This document shows, piece after piece, positions 1-12,079 of a stretch of 64,000 bases of DNA. Made by a program: the position numbers and the translations under genes. Location of the stretch: assembly GCF_009914755.1 (NCBI RefSeq), contig NC_060940.1; one strand, 5' to 3'. The notes under the pieces are model-generated. The model saw nothing but the letters and a program-made list of their open reading frames with translations. It was not told the origin of the DNA and ran no database searches. This DNA comes from the human T2T-CHM13v2.0 reference genome, Homo sapiens. How positions within the stretch are numbered: the stretch's first letter is position 1; each line of letters opens with the position of its first letter.

Positions 1-524
1 ATCATTCCATTTAATTTCATTCGATGATGATTCCACTCGATTCCATTCGACGATTCCATTCTATTCCATTCGATGATGATTCCATTCGAGTCCATTCGAT
101 GATTCCATTCGAGTCCATTTAATGATTCCATTGGGTTCAATTCAATGATGATTACATTGGATTCCGTTCTATGATTCCATTCAATTCCGTTCATTGACAA
201 TTTGATTCCATTCGATGATGATTCCATTTGAGTTCATTCGATGATTCTATTCGATTCTCTTCGATGGTGATTCAATTCTATTATATTGGATGATTCCATT
301 CGATTCCATTTGATGTTGATTCAATTCGATTCTATTCGATGATGATTCCATTGGATTTCACTTGATGATTCTATTCGATTCCATTCAATGATGATTCACT
401 TCTCGTCCATTGGATGATTCCATTTCATTCCATTCGATGATGATTCCATTCGATTCCATTCGATGATTCCATTTGATTCCATGCGACGGTGAGCAATTCG
501 ATTCAATTCCATGATGATTCTATT

Positions 525-535
525 TGATTCAATTA
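525..535 (-). promoter_or_regulatory. DUX4-consensus match TAATTGAATCA (representative copy; others start at 5026, 11556, 14186, 18687, 25217, 27847, 33969, 40022, 46144, 52033, 52728, 62433; TAACTGAATCA variant at 61617)
   Basis: The + strand TGATTCAATTA is the reverse complement of TAATTGAATCA, which fits TAAYBBAATCA. DUX4 binding and activation of HSATII is known in general; occupancy of these particular sites is not shown. Confidence 0.5.
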
Positions 536-1058
536 GATGATGTTTCCATTCGAATCCATTCCATGATTATTCCATTGGAATCCATTCGGTGATGATTCCA
601 TATGAGTCAATTCAATGATGATTCCATATGGGTCCGTTCGATGATAATTCCATTTGATTTCATTCGATGCTTCTATTCAATTCCAGTTGATGATGATTCC
701 GTTGGAGTCCATACGATGATTCCATTTGATTTCATTTCATGATGATTCCATTCGATTCCATTCGATGATGATTACATTGGATTCCATTCTATGATTCCAT
801 TCAATTCCATTCGTTGATGATTCGATTCCCTTCAATGATGATTCCACTTGAGTTCATTCGATTATTCTATTCGATTCCGTTCGATGGTGATTCAATTCTC
901 TTATATTGGATGATTCCACTCGATTCCATTTGATGATTATTCCATTGGAGTCCACTTAGTGAATCCTTTAGATTCTACTCGAAGATGATTCCATTCGAGT
1001 CCATTCGATGATACCATTCAATTCCATTCGTTGATACTTCCATTTAAGTGCATTCGAT

Positions 1059-4000
1059 GATATCATTCGATTCCATTTGATGATAATTCCATTTGATTCC
1101 ATGCGATGATTCTATTCGATTCCATTCAATGATAATTCCATTCAATTCAGTGATTCCTCTGGACTCCATTTGATGATGATTCCATTCAATGATTCCATTC
1201 GATTCTATTCGAAAATGATTCCATTTGAATCCATTTGATGATGATTCCATTAGATTCCATTTGATGATTTCATTCGATTCCATTCGACGATGATTCCATT
1301 CGATTCCATTTGATGATTCCATTCTATTCTATTCGATGATGATTCCATTCGATTCCATTCGATGATGATTGGATTCGATTCCATTTGACTTCATTTGATT
1401 CCATTCGTTAATGATTTCGATCAATTCCATTCGATGATTCCATTCGATTCCATTCGATAATGATTACATCCGAGTCCATTCGATGATTCCATTTGAGCCC
1501 GTTCGATAATTCCATTTGAGTCCAATCAATGATTCCATTCATTTCCATTCAATGATTCCATTCGAGTCCATTTGATCATTCCGGTAGGGTCCATTCGATG
1601 TTGATTCCATTGGAGTGCATTCGATGATTCCATTCGAGTCCATTTTAGGATTGGATTCGAGTCCTTTCGATGATTCCATTCGACTCCACTCGATGATGAT
1701 TTCATTCGAGTCCATTCGACACTTCCAATCGATTCCATTTGATGTTTCCTTTCGAGTCCAATTGATGATTCCATTCAATTCCATTCGATGATGATTCCGT
1801 ACGGTTCCATTCTGTGATGATTCCATGTGATTGCATTCAATGATGATTCCTTTCGATTGCATTCGATTATGATTCATTTCGTCTTCATTCTATGGTTCCA
1901 CAGGTTTCCATTCGTGTCCATTCCATTATTCCATTCTATTCCATTTGATGATGATTCCATTCGATTCCATTCATTGGTGATTCCACTCAATTCCATTCAA
2001 TGATTCCATTCCATTTCTTTCAACAATGATTCCATTACTTTCTAATCGATGATCCACTTGATTCCATTTGACGACGATTCCATTCTTGTCCATTCGATGA
2101 TTCCATTTGATTCCATATGATGATGATTCCATTCGATTCCATACGATGATGATTCCATTGGAGTCCATTCAATGGTGATTCCATTCAATTCCATTCGATG
2201 ATTCCTTTCGATTCCATTCGATGATGATGGCATTCGATTCCTTTCAATCATTCCCTTTGATTCCATTCAAAGGTGATTTCATTCAAGTCCATTGGATAAT
2301 TGCATTCGATTCCATTCTATGATGATTCCATTCGAGTCCATTTGATGATTCCATTCAATTCAAGTCAATGATGATTCCATTCGATTCCATTCGATGATTC
2401 CATTGGATTTCATTCGATGATAATTCCATTCAAATCCTTTCGATAATTCAATTCAAGTCCATTCGATGATGATTCCAATCGAATCCATTCAAAGATTCCA
2501 TTCAGTTCCATTCGATGATTCCCTTAGATTCCATTCGATGATTCCACTTGATTCCATTTACGATGATTCCATTCGATTCCATGTGATGATTCCATTCAAT
2601 TCTATTCAATGATGTTTCCATTTGATTCCATTCGACCATGATTGCCTTTGATTCCATTCAATGATTCCATTCGGTTCCTTTTGATGATGATTCCGTTCGA
2701 TTCCATTTGATGATTCCATTTGATTCCATTGGATGAGTCCATTCGATTACATTCGATGATAATTCCATTCGAGTGCATTAGATGATTCCATTCGAGTCCA
2801 TTCGATGATTCCATTCGATTCCATTCGATGTTGATTCTGTTCAAATCCATTCGATGATTCCACTCGATTCCATTCGATGACTCCATTTGATCCCATTCGA
2901 TGATTTCCTGTGATTCCCTTTGATGATCATTCCATTTGATTCAATTCGGTGATTTCATTTGATTCCATTCAGTGATGTTTCCATTCGACTCCATTCGATG
3001 ATGATTCCATTCGACTCCATTCGATTATGATTTCATTCAATTCCATTCGATAATGATTCCCTTCGAGTCCATTCGATGATTCCATTCGATTCCATTCAAC
3101 GATGATTTGATTCGTGTCCATTCGATGATTCCATTTGATTCCACTTGATGATGATTCCATTCCAGTCCATTTGATGATTCCATTCAATTCCATTCTCCGA
3201 TGATTTCTTTTGAGCCCACTCAATGCTTCCACTCGATTCCATATGATGATGACTCCATTCGATGAAATTCGATGATGATTCCATTCGCTTGCTTTCGATG
3301 ATGATTCCACTTGAGTCCGTTAGAAGATTCTATTCAATTACATTCCATGACGATTCCGTTCGAGTCCATTTGATGATTCCATTAGACTCCATTCGACGAT
3401 GATTCCATTCGATGTTATTCGATGATTCCATTCGATCTCATTCGATGATGATTCCATTCAACTCCATTCGATGTTTCCATTCGAGTTCATTCTATTATTC
3501 CATTAGATTCCATTCGATGATGATTCCATTCGATTCCATTTGATGATTGCATTCTATTTCATTTGATGATGATTCCATTCGAGTCCACTCGATGATTCCA
3601 TTCGAGTCCATTTAATGAATCCATTGGTTTCAATTCTATGATGATTACATTGGATTCCATTCGTTGATGATTTCATTCGGTTCCATTCAATGATGATTCT
3701 ATTCAATTCCTTTCAATGTTTCCATTCAATTCCATACGATGATGATTCCATTTGATTTGATTCGACAGTGAGCCATTCGATTCAATTCCATGATGTTTCT
3801 ATTTGATTCAATTGGTTGACATTTCCATTCGATTCCATTCGATGATGATTCCCTTTGATTCCATTCAAAGATGATTCCATTCTAGCCCATTCAATCATTC
3901 CATTCGATTCTATTCAATGATGATTCCATTCATGTCGATTTGGTGATTCCATTTGACTTCATTTGATGATGATTCCTTTCAAGTTCATTAGATGATTCCA

Positions 4001-5559
4001 TTCGATTCCAATTGATGATGATCCCATTCGAGTCCATTCAGTGATTCCATTCGTTTCCATTCCATGATGATTCCATTCCATTCCATGCAATGATTCCATT
4101 CGATTCCGTTTGATGATGATTTCATTCGAGTCCATTTGATGATTCCATTTGATTCCATTCGATGATGATTCCATTCGAGTCCATTCGATGATTCCATTCG
4201 ATTGCATTCGATGATTCCATTATATTCCATTCAACGATGATTCCATTCGAGTCCATTCGATGATTCCATTAGAGTACATTTAATGATTGCTTTGTTTTCA
4301 ATTCGAAGATGATTACATTCGATTCCATTCTATGATACCATTCGATTCCATTCAATGATGACTCCACTCAAATCCATTGGATGATTCCATTCGTGTCCAT
4401 TCGGTGATTTCATTAGATTCCATTCGAGGATGATTCCATTCGATTCCATTCGATGATTCCATTCAATTCCATTCGATGATGATTCCATTCGAGTCCATAT
4501 GATCATTCCATTTCATTTCATTCGATGATGATTCCATTCGATTCCATTCGACGATTCCACTCTATTCCATTCGATGATGATTCCATTCGAGTCCATTCGA
4601 TGATTCCATTCGAGTCCATTTAATGATTCCATTGGGTTCAATTCAATGATGATTACATTGGATTCCGTTCTATGATTCCATTCAATTCCGTTCATTGACA
4701 ATTTGATTCCATTCGATGATGATTCCATTTGAGTTCATTCGATGATTCTATTCGATTCTCTTCGATGGTGATTCAATTCTATTATATTGGATGATTCCAT
4801 TCGATTCCATTTGATGTTGATTCAATTCGATTCTATTCGATGATGAGTCCATTGGATTTCACTTGATGATTCTATTCGATTCCATTCAATGATGATTCAC
4901 TTCTCGTCCATTGGATGATTCCATTTCATTCCATTCGATGATGATTCCATTCGATTCCATTCGATGATTCCATTTGATTCCATGCGACGGTGAGCAATTC
5001 GATTCAATTCCATGATGATTCTATTTGATTCAATTAGATGATGTTTCCATTCGAATCCATTCCATGATTATTCCATTGGAATCCATTCGGTGATGATTCC
5101 ATATGAGTCAATTCAATGATGATTCCATATGGGTCCGTTCGATGATAATTCCATTTGATTTCATTCGATGCTTCTATTGAATTCCAGTTGATGATGATTC
5201 CGTTGGAGTCCATACGATGATTCCATTTGATTTCATTTCAGGATGATTCCATTCGATTCCATTCGATGATGATTACATTGGATTCCATTCTATGATTCCA
5301 TTCAATTCCATTCGTTGATGATTCGATTCCCTTCAATGATGATTCCACTTGAGTTCATTCGATGATTCTATTCGATTCCGTTCGATGGTGATTCAATTCT
5401 CTTATATTGGATGATTCCACTCGATTCCATTTGATGATTATTCCATTGGAGTCCACTTAGTGAATCCTTTAGATTCTACTCGAAGTTGATTCCATTCGAG
5501 TCCATTCGATGATACCATTCAATTCCATTCGTTGATGCTTCCATTCAAGTGCATTCGAT
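1059..5559 (+). repeat. Truncated higher-order unit, 4501 bp (second copy 14720-19220)
   Basis: Measured between GATATC markers at 1059 and 5560; equals 6122 - 1618 - 3. Confidence 0.9.
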
Positions 5560-8500
5560 GATATCATTCGATTCCATTTGATGATAATTCCATTTGATTC
5601 CATGCGATGATTCTATTCGATTCCTTTCAATGATAATTCCATTCAATTCAGTGATTCCTCTGGACTCCATTTGATGATGATTCCATTCAATGATTCCATT
5701 CGATTCTATTCGAAAATGATTCCATTTGAATCCATTTGATGATGATTCCATTAGATTCCATTAGATGATTCCATTCGATTCCATTCGACGATGATTCCAT
5801 TCGATTCCATTTGATGATTCCATTCTATTCTATTCGATGATGATTCCATTCGATTCCATTCGATGATGATTGGATTCGATTCCATTTGATGACTTCATTT
5901 GATTCCATTCGTTAATGATTTCGATCAATTCCATTCGATGATTCCATTCGATTCCATTCGATAATGATTACATCCGAGTCCATTCGATGATTCCATTTGA
6001 GCCCGTTCGATAATTCCATTTGAGTCCAATCAATGATTCCATTCATTTCCATTCAATGATTCCATTCGAGTCCATTTGATCATTCCGGTAGGGTCCATTC
6101 GATGTTGATTCCATTGGAGTGCATTCGATGATTCCATTCGAGTCCATTTTAGGATTTGATTCGAGTCCTTTCGATGATTCCACTCGACTCCACTCGATGA
6201 TGATTTCATTCGAGTCCATTCGACACTTCCAATCGATTCCATTTGATGTTTCCTTTCGAGTCCAATTGATGATTCCATTCAATTCCATTCGATGATGATT
6301 CCGTACGGTTCCATTCTGTGATGATTCCATGTGATTGCATTCAATGATGATTCCTTTCGATTGCATTCGATTATGATTCATTTCGTGTTCATTCTATGGT
6401 TCCACAGGTTTCCATTCGTGTCCATTCCATTATTCCATTCTATTCCATTTGATGATGATTCCATTCGATTCCATTCATTGGTGATTCCACTCAATTCCAT
6501 TCAATGATTCCATTCCATTTCTTTCAACAATGATTCCATTACTTTCTAATCGATGATCCACTTGATTCCATTTGACGACGATTCCATTCTTGTCCATTCG
6601 ATGATTCCATTTGATTCCATATGATGATGATTCCATTCGAGTCCATTCAATGGTGATTCCATTCAATTCCATTCGATGATTCCTTTCGATTCCATTCGAT
6701 GATGATGGCATTCGATTCCTTTCAATCATTCCCTTTGATTCCATTCAAAGGTGATTTCATTCAAGTCCATTCGATAATTGCATTCGATTCCATTCTATGA
6801 TGATTCCATTCGAGTGCACTTGATGATTCCATTCAATTCAAGTCAATGATGATTCCATTCGATTCCATTCGATGATTCCATTTGATTCCATTCGATGATG
6901 ATTCCATTCAAATCCATTCGATAATTCAATTCAAGTCCATTCGATGATGATTCCAATCGAATCTATTCAAAGATTCCATTCAGTTCCATTCGATGATTCC
7001 CTTAGATTCCATTCGATGATTCCACTTGATTCCATTTACGATGATTCCTTTCGATTCCATGTGATGATTCCATTCAATTCTATTCAATGATGTCTCCATT
7101 TGATTCCATTCGACCATGATTGCCTTTGATTCCATTCAATGATTCCATTCGTTTCCTTTTGATGATGATTCCATTCGATTCCATTTGATGATTCCATTTG
7201 ATTCCATTGGATGAGCCCATTCGATTACATTCGATGATTATTCCATTCGAGAGCATTAGATGATTCCGTTCGATTCCATTCGATGGTTCCATTGGATTCC
7301 ATTCGATGATGATTCCATTCAAATCCATTCATTAATTCAATTCAACTCCATTCGATGATGATTCCAATCGAATCCATTCAAAGATTCCATTCAGTTCCAT
7401 TCGATGATTCCCTTAGATTCCATTCGATGATTCCACTTGATTCCATTTACGATGATTCCATTCGATTCCATGTGATGATTCCATTCAATTCTATACAATG
7501 ATGTCTCCATTTGATTCCATTCAACCATGATTGCCTTTGATTCCATTCAATGATTCCATTCGTTTCCTTTTGATGATGATTCCGTTCGATTCCATTTGAT
7601 GATTCCATTTGATTCCATTGGATGAGTCCATTCGATTACATTCGATGATTATTCCATTCGAGTGCATTAGATGATTCCATTCGAGTCCATTCGATGATTC
7701 CATTCGATTCCATTCGATGTTGATTCTGTTAAAATCCATTCGATGATTCCACTCGATTCCATTCGATGACTCCATTTGATCCCATTCGATGATTTCCTGT
7801 GATTCCCTTTGATGATCATTCCATTTGATTCAATTCGGTGATTTCGTTTGATTCCATTCAGTGATGTTTCCATTCGACTCCATTCGATGATGATTCCATT
7901 CGACTCCATTCGATTATGATTTCATTCAATTCCATTCGATAATGATTCCCTTCGAGTCCATTCGATGATTCCATTCGATTCCATTCAACGATGATTTGAT
8001 TCGTGTCCATTCGATGATTCCATTTGATTCCACTTGATGATGATTCCATTCGAGTCCATTTGATGATTCCATTCAATTCCATTCTCCGATGATTTCTTTT
8101 GAGCCCACTCAATGCTTCCACTCGATTCCATATGATGATGACTCCATTCGATGAAATTCGATGATGATTCCATTCGCTTGCTTTCGATGATGATTCCACT
8201 TGAGTCCGTTAGAAGATTCTATTCAATTACATTCCATGACGATTCCGTTCGAGTCCATTTGATGATTCCATTAGACTCCATTCGACGATGATTCCATTCG
8301 ATGTTACTCGATGATTCCATTCGATCTCATTCGATGATTCCATTCGATCTCATTCGATGATGATTCCATTCAACTCCATTCGATGTTTCCATTCGAGTTC
8401 ATTCTATTATTCCATTAGATTCCATTCGATGATGATTCCATTCGATTCCATTTGATGATTGCATTCTATTTCATTTGATGATGATTCCATTCGAGTCCAC

Positions 8501-11500
8501 TCGATGATTCCATTCGAGTCCATTTAATGAATCCATTGGTTTCAATTCTATGATGATTACATTGGATTCCATTCGTTGATGATTTCATTCGGTTCCATTC
8601 AATGATGATTCCATTCAATTCCTTTCAATGTTTCCATTCAATTCCATACGATGATGATTCCATTTGATTTGATTCGACAGTGAACCATTCGATTCAATTC
8701 CATGATGATTCTATTTGATTCAATTGGGTGACATTTCCATTCGATTCCATTCGATGATGATTCCCTTTGATTCCATTCAAAGATGATTCCATTCCAGCCC
8801 ATTCAATCATTCCATTCGATTCTATTCAATGATGATTCCATTCATGTCGAGTTGGTGATTCCATTTGACTCCATTTGATGATGATTCCTTTCAAGTTCAT
8901 TAGATGATTCCATTCGATTCCATTTGATGATGATCCCATTCGAGTCCATTCAGTGATTCCATTCGTTTCCATTCCATGATGATTCCATTCCATTCCATGC
9001 AATGATTCCATTCGATTCCGTTTGATGATGATTTCATTCGAGTCCATTTGATGATTCCATTTGATTCCATTCGATGATGATTCCATTCGAGTCCATTCGA
9101 TGATTCTATTCGAATCCATTTGATGATTTCTTTTGATTATAGTTGGTGATGATTCCATTGGAGTCCATTCAATGATTCCATTCGATTCCAATCGATGGTG
9201 ATTCCATTAGAGTCCATTTAATGATTCCATTTGATTCCAGTCTCTGATGATTACATTCGAGTCCATACGATGATTCCACTCAATTCCATATGATGATGAT
9301 TCCATTCGATTCCATTCGATGATTCCATTCTATTCTATTCAATGGTGATTCCATTCGAGTACATTAGATGATTCCATTCGATTCCATTCAATGATGATTC
9401 TATTTGTGTCCCTTAGATGATTCCACATGATTCCATTAGATGATGATACTATTTGAGCCCATCCAATGATTCCCTTCGATTCCGTTCGATGAGGATTCCA
9501 TTCGATTCAATTCATTGGTGGTTCTATTCAATTCAATTCTTTGATTCCATTCCATTCCATTCGACAATGATTCCATTCGATTTCTTTCGATGATTCCACT
9601 CGATTCCACTTGACATTGATTCCATTCGATTCCATTCAATGATTCCATTTGATTCCAGTGGATGATGATTGCCATCGATTCCATTCGATCACTCCATTCT
9701 ATTCCATTTGATGATGATTACATTCGATTCCATTTGATGATTCCATCTGATTCTATTCGAGGATTCCATTTGATTCCATTCGATGATGATTCCATTCGAG
9801 TCCATTCGATGATTTCATTCGAGTACATCCAATGATTCCATTCGAGTCCATTTGATGATTCCATTTGATTCCATTTGATTATGATTCTACTAGAGTCCAT
9901 TCAATGACTCCATTCGAGTCCATTCAACAATTCCATTCGACTCCATTCGATGATTCCATTCGATTCCATTTGATGATTCCATTCGAGTCCATTTAATCAT
10001 TACAGTCGAGTCCATTTGGTGATTCCACTGGATTTCTTTTGATAATGATACCATTCCATTACATTTGATGATGATCCCATTCAATTTCATTTGATGATGA
10101 TTCCCTTAGAGTCCATTCGATGATTTCATTCGAGTCCTTTCATTGATTCCATCCGATTTCATTTGATGATGACTCCATTCGAGTCCATTCGATGATTCCA
10201 CTCGATTCCATTAGATGATTCCATTGGAGTCCATTTGATTGTTCCATTCGATTCCATTCGATTCCTTTCGAAGATTATTCCATTTGAGTCCGTTCGATGA
10301 TGATTCCATTCCATTCCATACGATGATTCCGTTTGATTCCATTCGATGATTCCCTTCGATTCCTTTCTTTGATGATTCCATTCCGTTCCATTCAATGATT
10401 CCATTCGAATCTATTCCATGATGATTCCTTGCGATTCCATTCGCTGATGTTTCCGTTCAATTCCATTCGATGATGATTCCATTCGATTCCATTCATTGAG
10501 GATTCCATTTGATTCCATTCAATGATGATTCCATTCTATTCCATTCAATGATTGCATTCAATTCCATTCAATGATTATCCCATTAGAGTAAACTCAACGA
10601 TTCCATTCAATACCATTCGATGATGATTCCTTTTGAGTCCATTCAATGATTTCATTCAAGTCCATTTGATGATTCCTTTCAATTCCATTCTATGATGATT
10701 CCATTCGAGTCCATTCGATGATTCCATTCGATTGCATTCGATGATTCCATTATATTCCAGTCAACGATGATTCCATTCGAGTCCATTCGATGATTCCATT
10801 AGAGTACATTTAATGATTGCTTTGTTTTCAATTCGAAGATGATTACATTGGATTCCATTCTATGATACCATTCGATTCCATTCAATGATGATTCCACTCA
10901 AATCCATTGGATGATTCCATTCGTGTCCATTCGGTGATTTCATTAGATTCCATTCGAGGATGATTCCATTCGATTCCATTCGATGATTCCATTCAATTCC
11001 ATTTGATGATGATTCCATTCCAGTCCATATGATCATTCCATTTGATTTCATTCGATGATGTTTCCATTCGATTCCATTCGATGATTCCATTCTATTCCAT
11101 TCGATGATGATTCCATTCGAGTCCATTCGATGATTCCATTCGAGTCCATTTAATGATTCCATTGGGTTCAATTCAATGATGATTACATTGGATTCCGTTC
11201 TATGATTCCATTCAATTCCGTTCATTGACAGTTTGATTCCATTCGATGATGACTCCATTTGAGTTCATTCGATGATTCTATTCGATTCTCTTCGATGGTG
11301 ATTCAATTCTATTATATTGGATGATTCCATTCGATTCCATTTGATGTTGATTCAATTCGATTCTATTCGATGATGATTCCATTGGATTTCACTTGATGAT
11401 TCTATTCGATTCCATTCAATGATGATTCACTTCTCGTCCATTGGATGATTCCATTTCATTCCATTCGATGATGATTCCATTCGATTCCTTTCGTTGATTC

Positions 11501-12079
11501 CATTTGATTCCATGCGATGGTGAGCAATTCGATTGAATTCCATGATGATTCTATTTGATTCAATTATATGATGTTTCCATTCGAATCCATTCCATGATTA
11601 TTCCATTGGAATCCATTTGGCGATGATTCCATATGGGTCAATTCAATGATGATTCCATATGGGTCCATTCGATGATAATTCCATTTGATTTCATTCGATG
11701 CTTCTATTCAATTCCAGTCGATGATGATTCCGTTGGAGTCCATACGATGATTCCATTTGATTTCATTTGATGATGATTCCATTCGATGATGATTACATTG
11801 GATTCCATTCTATGAGTCCATTCAATTCCATTCGTTGATGATTCGATTCCATTCAATGATGATTCCATTTGAGTTCATTCGATGATTCTATTCGATTCCG
11901 TTCGATGGTGATTCAATTCTATTATATTGGATGATTCCACTCGATTCCATTTGATGATTATTCCATTGGAGTCCACTTAGTGAATCCTTTAGATTCTACT
12001 CGAAGATGATTCCATTCGAGTCCATTCCATGATACCATTCAATTCCATTCGTTGATGCTTCCATTCAAGTGCATTCGAT
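5560..12079 (+). repeat. Expanded higher-order unit, 6520 bp (second copy 19221-25740)
   Basis: GATATC at 5560 and 12080; equals 6122 - 26 + 411 + 23 - 10, with each indel located in the sequence. Confidence 0.9.
6850..7671 (+). repeat. 411-bp tandem duplication inside the 6520-bp unit (also ~20511-21332)
   Basis: aagattccattcagttcc and the ccatgattgcctttg block each occur twice, 411 bp apart. Confidence 0.88.

Noticed and set aside
1795-1806. Short palindromes such as ccgtacgg, ccatatgg and TCGA
   Set aside because: Too short for stable structure and expected from point variants of the monomer.
4070-4090. CATTCC runs as TEAD sites, or TTC/GAA as heat-shock elements
   Set aside because: CATTCC arises trivially from the monomer and is sparse here. 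No alternating nGAAn array was seen, so there is nothing specific to support a call.
6963-6963. One upper-case C in otherwise lower-case sequence
   Set aside because: The same base is present in lower case in the second copy (20624). Most likely a soft-masking boundary or formatting artefact with no biological meaning.
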